A stretch of DNA of 64,000 nucleotides from Candidatus Kapaibacterium sp. (GTDB lineage Bacteria > Bacteroidota > Ignavibacteria > Kapaibacteriales > NICIL-2). The translations under genes were made by a program, and so were the position numbers. Every line of letters starts with the position of its first letter. Within the stretch, counting starts at the first letter, position 1. Below, piece after piece: positions 38,288 through 47,998 of this stretch. The notes beneath the pieces are model-generated. The model had not been told where the DNA came from. It worked only from the letters and a program-made list of their open reading frames with translations, and did not search any database. The stretch is taken from NCBI GenBank assembly GCA_026003475.1, contig BPHJ01000001.1:1737281-1801280 (forward strand), read 5' to 3'.

Positions 38288-40197
38288 GCACCGCTTTGCA
38301 ATCACAGATGGTCGAGCGTTGCAGCGACGTTGTTGCCCATCTTTCGCAGGCACTCCAACAACGGAGCATTGCAGTAGTTGCGGTTGCTGGCGAAAGTGGC
38401 TACGGGAAGACAACGTTTCTCGAACAGTGCCGTCGTGCCCTCGCCGGTACGGAGCGTGCTGCTGTCGCGCTGGTCCTGTGCCCGGCACCATTGGGAACCC
38501 AAGCCAAGCCGATCTACCAACCGCTCTACCCTTTTGTCAAGGCAATCGAGCAACTGCTGTCGAATCCCCAACAGAAAGCAAAGCGGCGATTGGTGCTCAA
38601 TATCGGACTATCGGTGTTGGGAATGATTCCGCTTATCGGCTCACTGTTCGACGTCACCAAGGAGGTGCTCCGCGATATGCGGGAATACCGGCGGGAGACC
38701 GATTCTCAACACGGCACCGAAACACAGCAGATGGCAGAGAGCCTTCTTGCCATGGCAGAAGAATCACCCCTGGTGCTGTTGCTCGACGATGCACAGTGGT
38801 TGGACGCTGCCTCGATCGAGGTGCTCGAGCACCTTGTCTCATCCGAGCGCCGCGTTCCACTGGGGATCGTCCTTGCCTACGAGCCCTCGGTGGTCGAGGC
38901 ACAGAATCCGGCTGTCGGTCTGTTGCTTACCCAGCATCCTTCCATTCGTCGCCTGGAACTACCACTGCTCTCCCGCGCTGAACTTCGGTTGCTTGCTGCT
39001 TCGATGCTGGAGTGCTACCAACCCAACCCGATCTTCGATGAGTGGTTATTGCAACACTCTGGCGGTGTTCCTGGCATTGCGGCTGCCTACCTGCAGTACT
39101 TCCGCCAGCATCCACCGTTTGCCCCCGATGGCACGCTCCGGCAGGAAGTGCTCCAAACCGATTGGCGCCCGGCATCGCTCCACGTGCTCATCGAACAGAC
39201 AGTGGCAGCGCTGGCCGAGGACGAAAAACTGATCTTGGCTACCTGCGCTGCCGAGGGTATGCAGTGCACCGTTTTCGTCGCCTCGCAATTGCTCCAGCGC
39301 GATCCGATTGCCACGGTTCGGCTGCTTCGCTCGCTCCAACAGCGAACGGGTGTGATCACCAGCCTTGGCATGCAACGACTCTACGGGACAGAAACAACCG
39401 TCTATGCCTTCACGCACGTTGGCTACTACCGTTTCTTTGCCGAGTACCCCGAATACGAGGAGCGGGTCGAACTGCACAGTCGCATTGCGGCGATTTTGGA
39501 GCAGCAGGCACATAGCGCCAACGACGACGCACTCTCGGAACAGTTAGCACCGCTGATCGCAGCACACTACGTGGAAGCTGGCAACAACGCAGCAGCGGCA
39601 GCAGTTTTTGAGCACTTGTATCACGATGCTGTCCGCCACGGGCACGAGCTTTTGGCCAACTACGCACGGCACGAAGGAGGCATCACCGATGCACCGAGTA
39701 CAGCGACGCAGCAATCCACCCTTACCGAAGCACTCGAGGCAATCATCGAACAGTGGGCTCGTGGCGCTATCCACCACGCCTATCGCATGGCACAGCAGCT
39801 CTCGCTGGAAAACGCAACTGCCTCCGAACGCGTGCTTGCAGAACTGGTGCAGGTGCGCTTGTTGCTCGACGTGGGCCAGACCGAACAGGCGCAGTATCGT
39901 CTGCCCGGATTGATCAGCGCGGCACAATCCCTCAAGATGCCGGATGTGGAGTCGCTGGCATACTCGCTGGCGGTTGTGCTCGATCTGGCACAGCAGCGTC
40001 TCCGTCATGGCTGGGAGCATGCGCAACTTGCGGCATCGCGTTCTGCCGATGGATCGCTGCCGGTAGCACTTGTTGCACTGACCAATGGTGCTCTCCTGCT
40101 CCGCCAGAGTGGGAACCGGAACTGGCGTATCCTGGCACGATCGGCGCAGCGGCTGGCGCAGCAGTTGGGCTATTCCTCCCTTGCCGATGCTCTGTAG
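38284..40197 (+). CDS. P-loop NTPase (AAA_16/STAND-like) with hydrophobic insert and alpha-helical repeat C-terminus
   Basis: The ATG at 38284 forms an ATGA overlap with the permease stop. Walker A is GESGYGKTT (aa 36-44) and Walker B is LVLLLDDAQWLD (aa ~163-174). A 22-aa hydrophobic segment, LVLNIGLSVLGMIPLIGSLFDV (aa 103-124), lies between them. About 350 aa of helical, TPR-like sequence follow. Confidence 0.7.
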   Translation: MSTALQSQMVERCSDVVAHLSQALQQRSIAVVAVAGESGYGKTTFLEQCRRALAGTERAAVALVLCPAPLGTQAKPIYQPLYPFVKAIEQLLSNPQQKAKRRLVLNIGLSVLGMIPLIGSLFDVTKEVLRDMREYRRETDSQHGTETQQMAESLLAMAEESPLVLLLDDAQWLDAASIEVLEHLVSSERRVPLGIVLAYEPSVVEAQNPAVGLLLTQHPSIRRLELPLLSRAELRLLAASMLECYQPNPIFDEWLLQHSGGVPGIAAAYLQYFRQHPPFAPDGTLRQEVLQTDWRPASLHVLIEQTVAALAEDEKLILATCAAEGMQCTVFVASQLLQRDPIATVRLLRSLQQRTGVITSLGMQRLYGTETTVYAFTHVGYYRFFAEYPEYEERVELHSRIAAILEQQAHSANDDALSEQLAPLIAAHYVEAGNNAAAAAVFEHLYHDAVRHGHELLANYARHEGGITDAPSTATQQSTLTEALEAIIEQWARGAIHHAYRMAQQLSLENATASERVLAELVQVRLLLDVGQTEQAQYRLPGLISAAQSLKMPDVESLAYSLAVVLDLAQQRLRHGWEHAQLAASRSADGSLPVALVALTNGALLLRQSGNRNWRILARSAQRLAQQLGYSSLADAL

Positions 40198-40243
40198 CCG
40201 TTCCCGATAGTTTTCTGCACTACTGTCGCACCAGTCTTGCACC

Positions 40244-43036
40244 ATGGAACAGACCCTGTACCTGCTCGACGCAATGTCGCTCGTCTTTCGCGCGTACTAC
40301 GCAATGGCGCGGAACCGGCGACCACTCCAATCGCCATCGGGTGTTCCGACCGGCGCCACGTTTGGTTATGCCGCCATGCTCACTGCGCTGCTGGAACGCT
40401 ACAATCCCGACGCCATCGCCTGCGCATTCGACACCAAGGAACCAACTCACCGCCACGACGCCTACGCCGACTACAAGGCCCACCGGGAGCCCTTCCCCGA
40501 AGACTTGGTGCCGCAACTGGACTACATCAAAGCACTCACCGACGCACTCGGTATCGCTCGCATCGAAATTCCTGGCTACGAAGCCGATGATATCATCGGC
40601 ACGCTTGCCACCCGCGCTGCAGACGCTGGCTATCGCGTCTTCTGCGTCACCAGCGACAAGGATTTCTACCAACTCGTCAGCGACCGGATCAGTCTCCTCA
40701 AGCCCAACGGTGGTGGCAGCGAGTACCTCGTCCACGGTATCGCCGAGTGTCGCCAGCGATTCGGCGTTGAGCCATCCCAGGTCATCGAGGTGTTGGCACT
40801 CATGGGAGACACCAGCGACAACATCCCGGGCGTCCATGGCATCGGCGAGAAAACTGCCATCAAGCTCATCGCCAAGTACGGCAGCCTGGAGGAACTCTAT
40901 GCGCACCTGGACGACATCGAACAACCCAAGCTGCGAGAAAATCTGGAGCGAGACCGGCAGCAAGCTTTCCTCTCGCGCGAGCTGGCAACAATCCACCGCG
41001 ACATCGAACTTCCCATCACCCTCGACGATTGCAAGCGGCGCCCACCGAACGCTGCAGCACTGTTTGCTCTCTTCGACGAGCTCGGATTCAACCAACTCAA
41101 GGCTCGATGGGCGAGCATCCTCGGTTCTGCACCAGAACCGCCCCCCACCACGCAAGCGACCCTCGACGACATCGAGCACCAGTACACCACCATCACGAGC
41201 ATGGAGCAATTGGCCGACCTTGTCGCCCAGATCGAACGCAGTGCCGCCGCACTTGCTCTGGACCTGGAGACAACATCGCTGGATGCAATGACCTGCCACA
41301 TCGTCGGCATCGCACTTTCGTTGGGGAGTACCACCGACAACCACCACCGCGCCTGGTATATTCCCACCGCCGATGCCGACTGCCAGGATACGGCACAGCT
41401 CTTCGAGACCGCCTCCGAGCAGTCCTGCGGCTTACCCATCGCTGAAGTGCTTGCAGTGCTCAAACCTTTGCTGGAGCGTGCAACGCTGCCGAAGTGGGGA
41501 CAAAATCTCAAGTTCGACACGCTCATCCTCCGTCGGTATGGCGTGGACGTTCGCCCCATCAGCTTCGACGCCATGCTCGCCAGCTATGTCCTCGACCCCG
41601 ATGCCCAGCATGGCATGGATGCATTAGCCGAACGGTGGCTTGGCTATAAGCCGATTCCGATCACTGACCTCATTGGCGCGCGCGGGAGCAATCAGCGCTC
41701 GATGCGTCACGTTCCGATCGAGACCGTCAGCCGCTACGCCTGCGAAGATGCCGACGTGACGTTCCACCTCTGCGTGCGGCTCGGCGATGCATTGCGCGCT
41801 GTGCCGGAGCTCGACCAGCTTGCACGGCAGATTGAGTTCCCACTGGTTCGGGTTCTGTCCTTGATGGAGTTCAACGGCGTTGCCGTTGATAGCGAGCAGC
41901 TTGCCGAACTCTCCACGAAGCTCAATTGCCAAATCGAGCAGTTGCGCGACCGCATCTACGCCGAAGCTGGAACGGAATTCAGCATTGATTCCCCCAAGCA
42001 GCTCGGGCATGTGCTCTTCGAAAAAATGCAATTGCCAGTGCTCAAGAAAACCAAGTCTGGTTACTCCACCGATGCCTCGGTCTTGAGCGAGCTTGCACCC
42101 ACGTTCCCCATTGCTCAGTACGTGCTCGACTACCGCCAACTGCAGAAGCTTCGTTCGACGTACGTCGAGACACTGCCGCGCATGATCAATCCGCGAACGG
42201 GACGCATCCACACCACGTTTTCCCAAACGATGACGAGCACCGGACGCCTCTCGAGTGCAGAACCGAACCTGCAGAATATCCCGATCCGCACCGAGATTGG
42301 CCGTGCCATTCGCCGTGCCTTCATTGCGCAGCAACCTGGATGGAAAATCTTCTCGGCCGACTACTCACAAATTGAGCTGCGCATCATGGCACACATCAGC
42401 GGCGATGAAACGCTCCGCGCCGCCTTTCGGGAAGGTAAGGACATCCACGCAGCAACGGCAGCAGTTCTGTTCGGTGTGTCGGAATCCGACGTGGATGCTG
42501 AAATGCGGCGCGTGGCAAAAACGGTCAACTTCGGCATCATGTACGGCTTGGGAGAATTCGGCTTGGCGCAACGGCTCGGTATTCCGCGGGGCGAAGCAAA
42601 ACGGATCATCGAGAACTACTTTGCCCGATACCCCAAAATTGCTGACTACATCGAACGCACCATTGCATTTGCTCGCCAGCATGGCTACGTCCAGACACTT
42701 CTGGGACGGCGCCGATACTTCCCCGACATCACCAGCAAGAATGCAACCATCCGCGCTGCTGCTGAACGCGCTGCGATCAACATGCCTATCCAAGGGACCG
42801 CAGCCGACATGATCAAACGGGCAATGATTGCCATCGCTGGCCGCATGGAACACGCGCAGCTTCGCTCGATGATGATCCTGCAAGTGCACGACGAGCTCGT
42901 CTTCGAAGTGCATCCCCAGGAGGAAGCAACGCTTGTCGAGATCGTGACCGCCGAAATGGAACGTGCGCTGCCGCTCGGGGATGTGCCCGTTGTGGTCAAC
43001 ACGAGCATCGGCACCTCGTGGGATGAATCGGCGTAA
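40244..43036 (+). CDS. polA: DNA polymerase I
   Basis: The 5'-nuclease domain reads LYLLDAMSLVFRAYYA, GYEADDIIGTLA. The 3'-5' exo region reads LALDLETTSLD. The polymerase motifs are DYSQIELRIMAH, RRVAKTVNFGIMYG and QVHDELVFE. Confidence 0.95.
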   Translation: MEQTLYLLDAMSLVFRAYYAMARNRRPLQSPSGVPTGATFGYAAMLTALLERYNPDAIACAFDTKEPTHRHDAYADYKAHREPFPEDLVPQLDYIKALTDALGIARIEIPGYEADDIIGTLATRAADAGYRVFCVTSDKDFYQLVSDRISLLKPNGGGSEYLVHGIAECRQRFGVEPSQVIEVLALMGDTSDNIPGVHGIGEKTAIKLIAKYGSLEELYAHLDDIEQPKLRENLERDRQQAFLSRELATIHRDIELPITLDDCKRRPPNAAALFALFDELGFNQLKARWASILGSAPEPPPTTQATLDDIEHQYTTITSMEQLADLVAQIERSAAALALDLETTSLDAMTCHIVGIALSLGSTTDNHHRAWYIPTADADCQDTAQLFETASEQSCGLPIAEVLAVLKPLLERATLPKWGQNLKFDTLILRRYGVDVRPISFDAMLASYVLDPDAQHGMDALAERWLGYKPIPITDLIGARGSNQRSMRHVPIETVSRYACEDADVTFHLCVRLGDALRAVPELDQLARQIEFPLVRVLSLMEFNGVAVDSEQLAELSTKLNCQIEQLRDRIYAEAGTEFSIDSPKQLGHVLFEKMQLPVLKKTKSGYSTDASVLSELAPTFPIAQYVLDYRQLQKLRSTYVETLPRMINPRTGRIHTTFSQTMTSTGRLSSAEPNLQNIPIRTEIGRAIRRAFIAQQPGWKIFSADYSQIELRIMAHISGDETLRAAFREGKDIHAATAAVLFGVSESDVDAEMRRVAKTVNFGIMYGLGEFGLAQRLGIPRGEAKRIIENYFARYPKIADYIERTIAFARQHGYVQTLLGRRRYFPDITSKNATIRAAAERAAINMPIQGTAADMIKRAMIAIAGRMEHAQLRSMMILQVHDELVFEVHPQEEATLVEIVTAEMERALPLGDVPVVVNTSIGTSWDESA

Positions 43037-43047
43037 CTTTGCAGCCT

Positions 43048-43818
43048 ATGAAACACCACCACCTGTGGGTATTGGCACTTGCAGTATTCCTGGTCGGGTG
43101 CGGTTCTGCCTTCGATGCCACCGGCAAGCCACCGCGCGAAATTTTCGAGCATGCGGTCGCTGCGTTCACCGATGGAGATCTGTTCGAGGCACAGCGACTG
43201 TTCGACATCATTCGCTTGCAGTATCCCGCCAGTGAGTATGCCCCCGAAGCGCAATTCTACCTTGCCGAGATCAGCTTTCGTCGGCAAGAGTATGTGGTTG
43301 CATCGTTCAACTACTCGATGATGCGTCGGCAATACCCCACCCACCCTCGTGCCAAAGAAGCGCTCTACAAGGCGGCCCTGTGTTACGTCGAGCTTGCTCC
43401 CCCCTTCGACCGCGACCAAGACTACACGCGCAAAGCCATCACCGCGCTGCAGGACTTCATCCGGGAGTATCCGCAGGACTCGCTCTCGCAGGTGGCACAG
43501 CAGCAGATTCGGCAGCTCCGCAATCGGCTTGCGCAGCGCGAATTCTCGATTGCCGAACAGTATCGCGTCTTGGGCTCGCCTCAATCGGCGCTCATCTACT
43601 ACGACGCGGTCATCGAGGACTACGGCGATAGCGACTTCATCGAGCCGGCATTTGTCGGCAAAATCGAGGTGCTGCTCGAACTGGGTCGTTACGACGAAGC
43701 GCTCTCGGCGTGTGTGCTCTATCGCCAGCTCTTCCCGAATGGATCGCAGAAAGAACGCATCGAGAAACTCCAGCGGCAACTTCCCAGCAACGGCGAGCGT
43801 GCCGGAGGCAAGCCATGA
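43048..43818 (+). CDS. bamD: Outer membrane protein assembly factor BamD (YfiO-like TPR lipoprotein)
   Basis: The ATG at 43048 gives the lipoprotein signal MKHHHLWVLALAVFLVGCGS. TPR-like repeats are present (FDIIRLQYPASEYAPEAQFYLAEISF..., ALQDFIREYPQDSL..., YYDAVIEDYGDSDF...). Confidence 0.8.
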   Translation: MKHHHLWVLALAVFLVGCGSAFDATGKPPREIFEHAVAAFTDGDLFEAQRLFDIIRLQYPASEYAPEAQFYLAEISFRRQEYVVASFNYSMMRRQYPTHPRAKEALYKAALCYVELAPPFDRDQDYTRKAITALQDFIREYPQDSLSQVAQQQIRQLRNRLAQREFSIAEQYRVLGSPQSALIYYDAVIEDYGDSDFIEPAFVGKIEVLLELGRYDEALSACVLYRQLFPNGSQKERIEKLQRQLPSNGERAGGKP

Positions 43819-44804
43819 GCCACCCCATCACCGTTGAACCCTACACCGACGCCCATCGCGCCGAGTGGGAGGACTTCCTCCAGCGCTGCAACAATGCCAC
43901 GATGTTCCATCGCCTGGCATTTCTGGACTACCACGCGCCTGGGAAATTCCGCTTCCATCACCTGCTGTTCCGTCAGGGTCAAAAGCTGGTTGCAGTGATG
44001 CCCGGTGGATTTTTCCCCGACCGTCCTATGCAGTACTGGTCGCCGGTCGGAGCAAGTTACGGCGGTTTTGTGGCGCCCGACCTCCCCTTCGAAACATGCC
44101 TCCGCATCGTGGATGCGTTCTTGAATTATGCTCGCGGTGAAGGGTGGAGCGATGCATTCATCATCCCACCGCCGATCATCTACGCGCGCGAACTCAACCA
44201 GCACTTCGAGTATGCCATGCTCTACCGTCGCTTCGGTTTTGAGCTGCATTACATCTCGCATGCTGTTCCGCTCACGCGCGGTGAGCATTTTCTGGACTAC
44301 TTCGACAAAACCGCACGGAAAAGCATCCGAAAAATCCTGCGCAGCGGCCTGCTTCACGTGGAGGAAAGCAGCGACTATCGGACATTCTACGACATCCTGC
44401 TCGAAAACAAAGCACGCCATGGCGCCCGTCCAACGCACACGCTGGAGGAACTCGAACGCCTTCGCACACTCGTCCCCGAGCACCTGCGGCTGTTGATGGC
44501 GTATGCTGACAATACCCCGATTGCCGGCTCACTGCTGTTCTTGACAAACGAGCGCGTGGTCCTGTGCTTCTACAACATGCTCCGCTATGAGTACGAACAC
44601 TTGCGACCCATCTACGCGCTCATGTACGAAATCGTCCGCCGTGCGTACGCCGCGGGGTATCGGTGGGTGGATATTGGCGTTTCGCAAGACACCAAGTCGC
44701 CCGACCCGATGACCCCATCGCTGAGCTTGATTGCCTTCAAGGAACGCTTCGATGCACGCGGCGTATTGCGAACGACGTTCCATTACCGATTCGAGCAGTC
44801 ATGA
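43815..44804 (+). CDS. GNAT-fold, FemAB-like acyltransferase family protein
   Basis: The ATG at 43815 forms an ATGA overlap with the bamD stop. The layout (WEDFLQRCNNATMFHRLAFLDY...; C-terminal YRWVDIGVS...LIAFKERFDA) resembles FemAB/BioF2-like GNAT proteins. This is a family-level call only. Confidence 0.65.
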   Translation: MSHPITVEPYTDAHRAEWEDFLQRCNNATMFHRLAFLDYHAPGKFRFHHLLFRQGQKLVAVMPGGFFPDRPMQYWSPVGASYGGFVAPDLPFETCLRIVDAFLNYARGEGWSDAFIIPPPIIYARELNQHFEYAMLYRRFGFELHYISHAVPLTRGEHFLDYFDKTARKSIRKILRSGLLHVEESSDYRTFYDILLENKARHGARPTHTLEELERLRTLVPEHLRLLMAYADNTPIAGSLLFLTNERVVLCFYNMLRYEYEHLRPIYALMYEIVRRAYAAGYRWVDIGVSQDTKSPDPMTPSLSLIAFKERFDARGVLRTTFHYRFEQS

Positions 44805-45280
44805 AGCGTCTGGTCATTATGGTTGCACTGGCAGGAACGGTTGCTCTATCGGCAGCGACAAGCCACGCTCGACGCGTTGAGCCCATCACCGTTGCAGCTC
44901 TGACAAGGCCGCCTGCGGACACTGTCACGATTCGCGTGCGGAATTTCTGGGCAACCTGGTGCAAACCGTGCATCGAGGAGATGCCCGTGTTCCGATCGCT
45001 TGCCAGGCGGAATCCCTCGATCCGCATCGAACTGATCAGCTTGGATTCCCCCAAAGACAGCGCGCGCGTCCGTGCGTTCTGGCAGCGGCGAGGATTTGGT
45101 GGCGTGCAGGTGTATCACCTTCGGCAGACACTCCGCACTGCCGATATTGACGCGATTGCTTCCGAGTGGTCGGGAGCAATTCCCATGACCATCGTCGAGC
45201 GTGGCAATCGCCGCATAGTCCACGAAGGACAACTCGACGAACCAACCCTCGAGGCGCTCATCGGCAGCGTCCGCGACTGA
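44801..45280 (+). CDS. Thioredoxin-fold thiol:disulfide oxidoreductase (TlpA/ResA-like), secreted
   Basis: The ATG at 44801 forms an ATGA overlap. The signal peptide is [23 protein letters not shown] and the CxxC active site is [14 protein letters not shown]. Confidence 0.75.
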   Translation: MKRLVIMVALAGTVALSAATSHARRVEPITVAALTRPPADTVTIRVRNFWATWCKPCIEEMPVFRSLARRNPSIRIELISLDSPKDSARVRAFWQRRGFGGVQVYHLRQTLRTADIDAIASEWSGAIPMTIVERGNRRIVHEGQLDEPTLEALIGSVRD

Positions 45281-45360
45281 GCCGACAGGCCGGTCGTTCG
45301 GGCTTCGTACATTTGCGCCCTCACGTATCGACACCAGCAGCATCACCAGCATTTGTGCCT

Positions 45361-47913
45361 ATGTCGTACCCATTCGATCGCATCGAGCCGAAGTGGCAGC
45401 GTTACTGGGAAAAGCACGGAACATTCCGCACCATGGAAGACCCGACTAAGCCGAAGTTCTACGTGCTCGACATGTTCCCCTACCCCAGTGGGAGCGGGCT
45501 CCACATTGGCCATCCGGAAGGCTACACTGCAACCGACATCGTTGCGCGCTACATGCGCATGCGTGGATACTGCGTGCTCCATCCGATGGGGTGGGATGCC
45601 TTTGGGCTTCCAACCGAACGCTATTCGATGACGACCGGTATCCATCCGCGCGTTGCCACCGCCGAGAACGTTGCAACCTTCAAGCGCCAGCTTGCAATGC
45701 TTGGTTTCAGCTACGATTGGTCGCGCGAGATCAACACAACCGACCCGCGCTACTATCGCTGGACGCAGTGGATGTTTCGGCTCATCTACAATTCCTGGTA
45801 CGATCACGAGCAACAGCGTGCCCGACCAATTGAGGAACTGCCGATCCCTGCCGATGTTCAGGACGCCGAAGCCTATCGCGACGCGCACCGCCTTGCATAC
45901 ATGGCCCTGGTTCCGGTCAACTGGTGCGAGGAACTCGGCACCGTGCTGGCAAACGAAGAGGTGGACGAATGGCGCCAAAAAGGCTACACCGTCGAACGCC
46001 GTCCCATGCGGCAGTGGATGGTACGCATTACCGCCTATGCCGAGCGCTTGTTGGCGGACTTGGAACTGGTCGAGTGGCCCGCCAGCACCAAAGAAATGCA
46101 GCGCAACTGGATCGGCAAAAGCGAAGGTGCCGAGATCACCTTCCCCATCATCGGGTCCGAAGCATCGGTGACTGTTTTCACCACGCGTCCCGATACACTC
46201 TTCGGTGCAACATACCTTGTGCTGGCACCCGAACATCGGCTCATTGAGCAGATCACCACTCCCAATTGCAGCAGTGCCGTTGCCGCCTACGTTGCCGAGG
46301 CGCAACGGAAAACCGACTTGGAGCGCACAGAGCTGTCGCGTGAAAAAACCGGCGTCTTCACCGGTGCGTATGCGTTCAATCCGGCTACCGGGGCGGAGAT
46401 ACCCGTCTGGATTGCCGACTACGTTCTTCCCCACTACGGCACCGGCGCCATCATGGCTGTCCCCGCGCACGACCAGCGCGACTTCGAGTTTGCCACTGCC
46501 TACGGTCTTCCCGTCGAGATCGTCGTGCGCCCCCGCGATGGCACACTCCCGGAACCACTGACCGAAGCATTCGTCGCCGATGGCATCGCGTGCAACTCCA
46601 CCAACGCCGAACTGAGCCTGGATGGATTGCCCACTGCCGAGGCAAAGGAGCGCATCATCGCATGGCTGGAGCAGCGCCGAATCGGACGTCGCACGGTGCG
46701 CTACAAACTGCGCGATTGGTTGTTCTCCCGTCAGCGCTATTGGGGCGAGCCAATTCCAATTATCCACTTCGAGGACGGCACCCGACGCGTCCTGGACGAG
46801 GACGAATTGCCGCTGGAGCTCCCCGAGGTGTCCGAATTCAAACCCACTGGCACGGGCGATAGTGTCTTGGCAACAGTGCCCGAATGGATGAACGTTCTCG
46901 ATCCCAAGACCGGCAAACGCGGGCACTACGAAACCAACACCATGCCGCAATGGGCAGGCTCCTGCTGGTACTACTTGCGGTTTTGCGACCCGCACAATGA
47001 TGCATGCTTTGCCGATCCGGACCGCCTGCGCTACTGGTTGGGCACCGATTCCCAACGGGGCGGCGTGGACCTCTACGTCGGCGGCGCCGAACATGCGGTG
47101 CTCCACTTGCTCTATGCACGGTTCTGGCATAAACTGCTCTACGACTACGGCTACGTCCCCACCAAAGAGCCGTTTGCCAAGCTGTTCCATCAAGGCTTGA
47201 TTCTCGGCGAAGACGGTCGGAAAATGTCCAAGTCGCTGGGGAACGTGATCAACCCTGACGATATCGTCCGCGACTACGGGGCCGATGCGTTGCGCTTGTT
47301 CGAAATGTTCCTCGGTCCGCTGGAAGCCACCAAGCCATGGTCGAGCAAGGGAATCGAGGGAATCAAGCGGTTTCTCGATCGCGTCTGGCGGATGTACACC
47401 AACCCGGACGGCACGCTCAGCAGCGCCATTGTCAACATACCACCAACCCGCGAGCAAGCACGACTCCTGCACCAAACCATCAAAAAGGTGCGGCACGACA
47501 TCGAATCGCTCTCGCTAAACACGGCCATTGCGCAGATGATGATTTTTGCCAACGAAATGTCGCGCATGGCGCAGCGTCCCTACCAGGTGATGGAACAGTT
47601 CGTGCTCGTGCTTGCCCCGTTTGCACCCCACCTTGCCGAAGAGCTGTGGCAGTTGCTCGGGCATACCGAGTCGCTGGCATACGAACCCTTCCCCGACTGG
47701 GACGAGGAGCTTCTCCGTGAAGAGGAGGTCGAAATCGTTGTTCAGATCAACAGCAAGGTGCGCTCCAAGCTGATGGTTCCGGTCACCGCAAGTGCCGAGG
47801 AACTCCGCCACCATGCGCTGAGCAGTCCCGACATCGAGCGCCATTTGCAGGGCAAAACCATCAAGAACATCATCGCTGTTCCTGGTAAGCTCGTCAACAT
47901 TCTGGTTGAATGA
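45361..47913 (+). CDS. leuS: Leucine--tRNA ligase
   Basis: The ATG at 45361 gives [19 protein letters not shown]. The HIGH motif is [12 protein letters not shown] and the KMSKS motif is [10 protein letters not shown]. 850 aa. Confidence 0.95.
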   Translation: MSYPFDRIEPKWQRYWEKHGTFRTMEDPTKPKFYVLDMFPYPSGSGLHIGHPEGYTATDIVARYMRMRGYCVLHPMGWDAFGLPTERYSMTTGIHPRVATAENVATFKRQLAMLGFSYDWSREINTTDPRYYRWTQWMFRLIYNSWYDHEQQRARPIEELPIPADVQDAEAYRDAHRLAYMALVPVNWCEELGTVLANEEVDEWRQKGYTVERRPMRQWMVRITAYAERLLADLELVEWPASTKEMQRNWIGKSEGAEITFPIIGSEASVTVFTTRPDTLFGATYLVLAPEHRLIEQITTPNCSSAVAAYVAEAQRKTDLERTELSREKTGVFTGAYAFNPATGAEIPVWIADYVLPHYGTGAIMAVPAHDQRDFEFATAYGLPVEIVVRPRDGTLPEPLTEAFVADGIACNSTNAELSLDGLPTAEAKERIIAWLEQRRIGRRTVRYKLRDWLFSRQRYWGEPIPIIHFEDGTRRVLDEDELPLELPEVSEFKPTGTGDSVLATVPEWMNVLDPKTGKRGHYETNTMPQWAGSCWYYLRFCDPHNDACFADPDRLRYWLGTDSQRGGVDLYVGGAEHAVLHLLYARFWHKLLYDYGYVPTKEPFAKLFHQGLILGEDGRKMSKSLGNVINPDDIVRDYGADALRLFEMFLGPLEATKPWSSKGIEGIKRFLDRVWRMYTNPDGTLSSAIVNIPPTREQARLLHQTIKKVRHDIESLSLNTAIAQMMIFANEMSRMAQRPYQVMEQFVLVLAPFAPHLAEELWQLLGHTESLAYEPFPDWDEELLREEEVEIVVQINSKVRSKLMVPVTASAEELRHHALSSPDIERHLQGKTIKNIIAVPGKLVNILVE

Positions 47914-47998
47914 ACTCTCGATCGGTTACTGGCATGGTGCTGCGCTGCTGGTCCGGAGTTTACGACGGATCGACCAAGATGTGTTGCTCTCTCCCGCT

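Noticed and set aside
40220-43779. Antisense ORFs 40220..41347 (375 aa) and 42685..43779 (364 aa) opposite polA and bamD
   Set aside because: They are opposite strongly supported genes, with no domain signatures of their own.
45343-47496. 717-aa ORF antisense to leuS
   Set aside because: It lies entirely within, and opposite to, a gene with unmistakable LeuRS motifs (HIGH, KMSKS). Its translation is low-complexity and Gly/Ala/Val/Arg-rich with no recognisable domain. Long antisense ORFs are expected in GC-rich DNA because stop codons are rare opposite NNS codons.
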